The notes beneath the pieces were generated by a model. The model ran no database searches. It was not told the DNA's origin and worked only from the letters and a program-made list of their open reading frames with translations. The position numbers were made by a program, and so were the translations under genes. This document shows positions 59,956-64,000 of a stretch of 64,000 bases of DNA, piece after piece. Source of the stretch: a virus; the IMG/VR virus record IMGVR_UViG_3300006175_000002, positions 39,390-103,389 of that record, one strand, 5' to 3'. Numbering within the stretch: position 1 is the stretch's first letter; each line of letters begins with the position of its first letter.

Positions 59956-62171
59956 GTCGGCTCCTCCTCGTCATCGGTGGTGATGTACGCGTCGTCGACG
60001 GCGACGGTGTTCGTGACTTGGGCGATCATGTGCAGGTCGGCTGCGGTTGGCTGGGTGATGTCGGGTTCGGTCCAGTCGTCGTCGGCGGCGTGGTCGGGGT
60101 CGACGCGGTTGACCGGTACCTGTGTGGCCGTTTCGTTGTTGAGGAGGCCGGCGAGGTAGGTGTCCGCGTCGGCGTCGCTGGTGATGGTTGGGTGGGTGTG
60201 CCATGGGTCGGTGCAGGCGTTTTTGGGTGTGCCGATGCTGTGGCAGGTGGGACAGGACCGGGCGACGAAGCCAGCACGTGCAACGCCCGGCCGGGGTGTT
60301 ATTATGACGGGCGGCACCCAACGGCGACCGTCTTTGCTTTGGTGCCAGTTGCCGTCGTGGCCTTGGGTGAGGACGCAGGGGCCGGCCAGTCCGATGACGG
60401 TGCCGTCGGATGAGCGGGCGGCGAGGGCGGTGGCGGCGCAGGCCGGGCTGCGCGTCGGGCTTGCTGATCCGTCCGGGTGCCAGGTGACGGCGATGTCTGC
60501 CGGTTGGGTGGTGTCGATCGGTGCGCCACCGGTGCCGTACTGAGGTTCGGTGAGACGGGTTGTGGTGGTGAGGAGGTCTTCGACGCGGATGAGGTCATTG
60601 AGGGCGGCGACCCGGGCACGCTTGTGGCCGCGGGCGCGTTTCTTCCACCGCTTCACGCGGCGGCGGAGCTGGGCGATGGTGTCCTCGTCGGCGTCGGTGA
60701 GTCGCCGCCAGTCTCGTTCGGCGCTGGCAGCTTCGTAGCGGATCCGGTCCCGTTCGGTGCGGGCTTGGTCGAGCAGGTCGGCGAGGTCGTTCACCTGGGC
60801 TTCGCGGGCTTCGAGTTCGATCCGGTACCGGTTGGTTTCTGTCCCGGCCACGTCGACCTGAACTTGCAGGTCGGCGATGCGGGTTTTCAGGGCGGCTGTG
60901 CTGGCGCGCAGGGCATCGTCGGAATCGGTAGTGAGTCGGTCGCCCTCGGCCCCCCATAGGGACCATAGGAAAGCGATGCGTGCTGCGGTCACCGTCTTGT
61001 TGTGCAACTCCACGTCGATCGGTTCGATGTGGTACGGCTTGTCGGGCTGCACCATGCCGAGGGTGGACTTGAGGTGAACGAGGCGGTTGCCGCGGCAGGC
61101 GAAGATGTTGGGTGCTACTTCCATGGCAGTGTGGCCGGAGGTCCGGTAGTCGGTTGTAGTGACCACGGCGACGCCTGCCTTCGCGGCAACCTCAGCAAGG
61201 TAGGTCAGGTTGGCGTAGGTATCGTCGGCCAGCCCACCTGTGAGCGGGTCGACGATAAGGAGTGCCACGTTGTCGTCGGCGCACAGGGTGGCTAGTTTGT
61301 CTCCGATCGACATGATCGGTGGGAATGCGTGCATGACCCGTTGAGTGTCGGCGCCGGCGGCGATGAGGCGGGGTACGACGGTCGTGTTGGGGTCGTCTTG
61401 GCCGCCGTTGATCCATACGACGTTGCAGGGGGTGTCGGCGAACAGGCCGGGCAGCTGGCCGCGGGTGACGCGGGCGGCGAGCCACGCGGCGGTCAACGAT
61501 TTGCCGGAGCCTTCGGTACCGGTGATGACGGTGAGGGCGCCGAGGGGGATCCGCTGGTCCCATAGCCACGTGGGGGCGGTCGGGGTCGGATCGGGGTCGG
61601 GTTTCTCAGCTGTGATGTAGGCGGTGACGGCGGCCTCGAGCTGGTCTATGCGCGCAGAGGAGGATGTGCGGTGCCCGGCCAGTTCGTAGTTACCCCACTC
61701 GGTGACCATGTCGACGGCGGCGTCCACCACTGGCCGGTACCAGCCGATCTGGGTGCGGGCGGCGGCGAGGAGCGCTTCGGTTCGTTCGGCCCAGCCGCGG
61801 TTCTGGTCGGCGCGTGTCCGTTCGGTGTCGAGGTCGGTCAGGGTGGCGTCGAGGGTGGCGGTGAGTTGGTCCCGTTCGTCCTGGACCTGCTGCAACGTTG
61901 CTACAGAGCGGGCGGTCTGGTCGCGCAGCTCGGCGGTCAGCCGGTTCACTTCGGCGCGCCCGGTGTTGAAGGCGTGGGTAAGCCGGTCGATCTCGCCACG
62001 GTGGTCGGCGCGGAGTCGGTTCATGTTGGCTTCGAGCCGATTCACTTCGATGAGTAGGGCCGGTACGTCGTTGTACGTGTCGACGGCGGTGGTGGGGATC
62101 AGCCCGACTTCGAGCATGCGGGCCCGTTGCGTAGCGCGGTGCCGGATCGCAGCCAGTTCACCAGGGGTCAT
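59952..62171 (-). CDS. coiled-coil protein with embedded AAA_25/RecA-like ATPase domain
   Basis: GAAAGGA SD, ATG 62171; WLW..RIPLGALTVITGTEGSGKS Walker A, PRLIAAGAD, LLIVDP Walker B. Confidence 0.75.
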   Translation of the reverse strand: MTPGELAAIRHRATQRARMLEVGLIPTTAVDTYNDVPALLIEVNRLEANMNRLRADHRGEIDRLTHAFNTGRAEVNRLTAELRDQTARSVATLQQVQDERDQLTATLDATLTDLDTERTRADQNRGWAERTEALLAAARTQIGWYRPVVDAAVDMVTEWGNYELAGHRTSSSARIDQLEAAVTAYITAEKPDPDPTPTAPTWLWDQRIPLGALTVITGTEGSGKSLTAAWLAARVTRGQLPGLFADTPCNVVWINGGQDDPNTTVVPRLIAAGADTQRVMHAFPPIMSIGDKLATLCADDNVALLIVDPLTGGLADDTYANLTYLAEVAAKAGVAVVTTTDYRTSGHTAMEVAPNIFACRGNRLVHLKSTLGMVQPDKPYHIEPIDVELHNKTVTAARIAFLWSLWGAEGDRLTTDSDDALRASTAALKTRIADLQVQVDVAGTETNRYRIELEAREAQVNDLADLLDQARTERDRIRYEAASAERDWRRLTDADEDTIAQLRRRVKRWKKRARGHKRARVAALNDLIRVEDLLTTTTRLTEPQYGTGGAPIDTTQPADIAVTWHPDGSASPTRSPACAATALAARSSDGTVIGLAGPCVLTQGHDGNWHQSKDGRRWVPPVIITPRPGVARAGFVARSCPTCHSIGTPKNACTDPWHTHPTITSDADADTYLAGLLNNETATQVPVNRVDPDHAADDDWTEPDITQPTAADLHMIAQVTNTVAVDDAYITTDDEEEPT

Positions 62172-62434
62172 CGGTTCGTTCCTTTCGGCGGCGTCATGGA
62201 CAGAATCCAGGTCAACGAAGTGATCAGCGAGATTGACCCCGCCGCCTGCGCCATCCATGGCCACGACGGATGTACGGGAGTCACCAGCATCCACATCACG
62301 GCTTCGACGGCGCCGAGGAACACAGCCAACCCAAGCGCGATCAGGAACCGGAACAGGTAGAAACGCCCCCAAGGGCTAGGTCTGAGATTCACGTGTTCAC
62401 GCCATGCGGGGTGTTCCGATCGGTGGTACGTCAC
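62168..62434 (-). CDS. small membrane protein
   Basis: GTGA/ATGA overlaps; two TM helices. Confidence 0.5.
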   Translation of the reverse strand: MTYHRSEHPAWREHVNLRPSPWGRFYLFRFLIALGLAVFLGAVEAVMWMLVTPVHPSWPWMAQAAGSISLITSLTWILSMTPPKGTNR

Positions 62435-62952
62435 CGCGTGTCCCCGCCGCCGAAGAACAGCGAGAATGTGAACGCGCAAATCGCGGTCCACTCGGCTGCC
62501 CAGACCGGAACGAGCGCCGACCACAGATGCCCGTGCCAGGGGGTCACTGACACGTAGCCGACAACAGCAGCGGCGGCGGGGACCACGAACGTCACAAACT
62601 CAACGACCACCTGCATCCGGCGGCGACGGCGGGGCCCGTTCTCCCATCCGAGGACCGGGCCACCGGCGAGGGTGGTGAGGCGGGGGCCGAGGTCGTTGCG
62701 AAGGTACGTCTTGATGTGCGCCACGTGCCGGTCGTTACGGACGTACGTCCAGCCGAGGATCAGACACACCGGGGGCAGGAGGAGCAGCCCGGCGGGGCCG
62801 GTGTGGGTTAAGGCGGCGGCGAGGACACCGGCGACGGCGGTGAGGTTGGCGTACACGAGTTGGTCGCGGCGCCCGATCCGATCAACCTGCTCGCGTTTCA
62901 GCTCGCTGTACTCAGCGAGGAGGATCCGCTCGAGGACGCCGGGGTCAGGCAT
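62431..62952 (-). CDS. four-TM membrane protein
   Basis: EY..LK.EQ..RI..RD motif followed by TM helices. Confidence 0.65.
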   Translation of the reverse strand: MPDPGVLERILLAEYSELKREQVDRIGRRDQLVYANLTAVAGVLAAALTHTGPAGLLLLPPVCLILGWTYVRNDRHVAHIKTYLRNDLGPRLTTLAGGPVLGWENGPRRRRRMQVVVEFVTFVVPAAAAVVGYVSVTPWHGHLWSALVPVWAAEWTAICAFTFSLFFGGGDTR

Positions 62953-63736
62953 TGGTGTTCAGCGCGTCGAGGACGGCTCGGGCCAGACGGCAGCGGGCAT
63001 CGGTGGCGAGGTACGTGTCCGGCATGGCCTGGGCGGCGAGGTCCAGCAGTGACGAGGCCAGCATGTGCAACGCCTCCTCGTCTCGGCCGTGACCGAACCC
63101 GCCGAGATCGATTCGGTCAGCCAACTTGGCGACCCGATCGGTCGGCGTGCGCTGGTCAGCGGCTGGGGCCGGCCACGTCAGCCGATCAATTTCGGCCAAT
63201 AGCAGCGGCGCATGGCCCAGCAGGATCGACTCCACGTCGGCAAGCGCCTGCGTCCAGGTGGCCAGGCCGGGATGCGGGTCGGCGAGCAACGTAGCGCGCC
63301 GGGCCAGGTGCTCGCGGATCGCGTCCGCGTCGCGTTGCCGTTCCGCGCCGGGGCACGTCGGGTACCGGTGCATCTCGCCGGGTTCGACGGAGCAGTCATC
63401 GCAGCCGCGCGGGGCGACCGGGGTGATCCGGCGGGTCGGGCCGAGGTTCACCGGCTGATCGGTGCCCAGCTCCGCATGATCGGCGTCGACGTGCAGGCGC
63501 AGCCCGTCCCGGACCGGACCGACCGCCTCGCCGATCATTTCGGCGATGGCGTCGATCACCGGGGTCACAGCCTGCGCACCCGACCCCTGAACTAGGTCGG
63601 CGAGGTGGCGGATCGCGTGCTGCCGCGCGGTCGTGCGCTCGGCGGTGAGCCGGGCGGTCAGTGTGGCGGCCCGCTGCTTCGCCTCATCAAGCGTCATGGG
63701 GGTATCGGGTCCGTTGGGCGTTTTGGGGTCGGTCAT
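62945..63736 (-). CDS. hypothetical protein
   Basis: ATG 63736; CDDCSVEPGEMH...C motif. Confidence 0.55.
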   Translation of the reverse strand: MTDPKTPNGPDTPMTLDEAKQRAATLTARLTAERTTARQHAIRHLADLVQGSGAQAVTPVIDAIAEMIGEAVGPVRDGLRLHVDADHAELGTDQPVNLGPTRRITPVAPRGCDDCSVEPGEMHRYPTCPGAERQRDADAIREHLARRATLLADPHPGLATWTQALADVESILLGHAPLLLAEIDRLTWPAPAADQRTPTDRVAKLADRIDLGGFGHGRDEEALHMLASSLLDLAAQAMPDTYLATDARCRLARAVLDALNTNA

Positions 63737-64000
63737 GCCATCACCATACCGCAACCGGTATCACAACGCAGCCCCCTTGCCGACCCACACCGGGAGTTGA
63801 GCCTGTGACACTCAACCTCCCTCCGGATTCAGGCAATACCGGCACACAAGCCCCGTATCCTCGTCTTTCATGACAGTTCCGCATCCACGCACGCATAAGC
63901 GGACGGGCCCCCCGGCGGATGCCGACGGGGGCTCGTATTCACCAGCTTCGCTCGATGGTGACTCAGAGTGATTGTTACGGGGGTTTGTGACAACAGATTG

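Noticed and set aside
1-64000. Integrase, att sites, reverse transcriptase/DGR, rRNA
   Set aside because: No recognisable motifs found by eye in this window

Overview
This window is a high-GC actinobacterial (pro)phage or phage-plasmid segment, coded almost entirely on the minus strand. ~630-32,500 is a virion morphogenesis operon: holin-like genes, head-completion genes, a major capsid protein, a giant protease/scaffold, several large multidomain proteins that reuse scaffold-derived motifs (probable capsid cargo), a portal-MuF-ParB-GNAT fusion, an intein-containing TerL, TerS, and fibre/Ig-like genes. No tape measure is visible. ~35,080-38,400 is a plus-strand array of 34 tRNA genes covering all 20 amino acids, with an HNH gene inside it. 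~41,300-47,350 is a TraB/FtsK-Spd-GntR conjugal-transfer-like module. ~47,500-50,450 holds three tandem Y-RNA-like genes, a Ro60/TROVE gene and lsr2. The standout locus is ~53,100-57,400: a solo Cas7/RAMP-like gene with no other cas genes, preceded by two non-coding arrays (~40 and ~28 units of ~25-56 nt). Each unit has a short anchor (CYGAC on the gene strand) and a 5-nt periodic C/CC register with variable bases in between. This is a candidate non-CRISPR RNA-guided system. All calls are by eye from motifs; no database searches were run.
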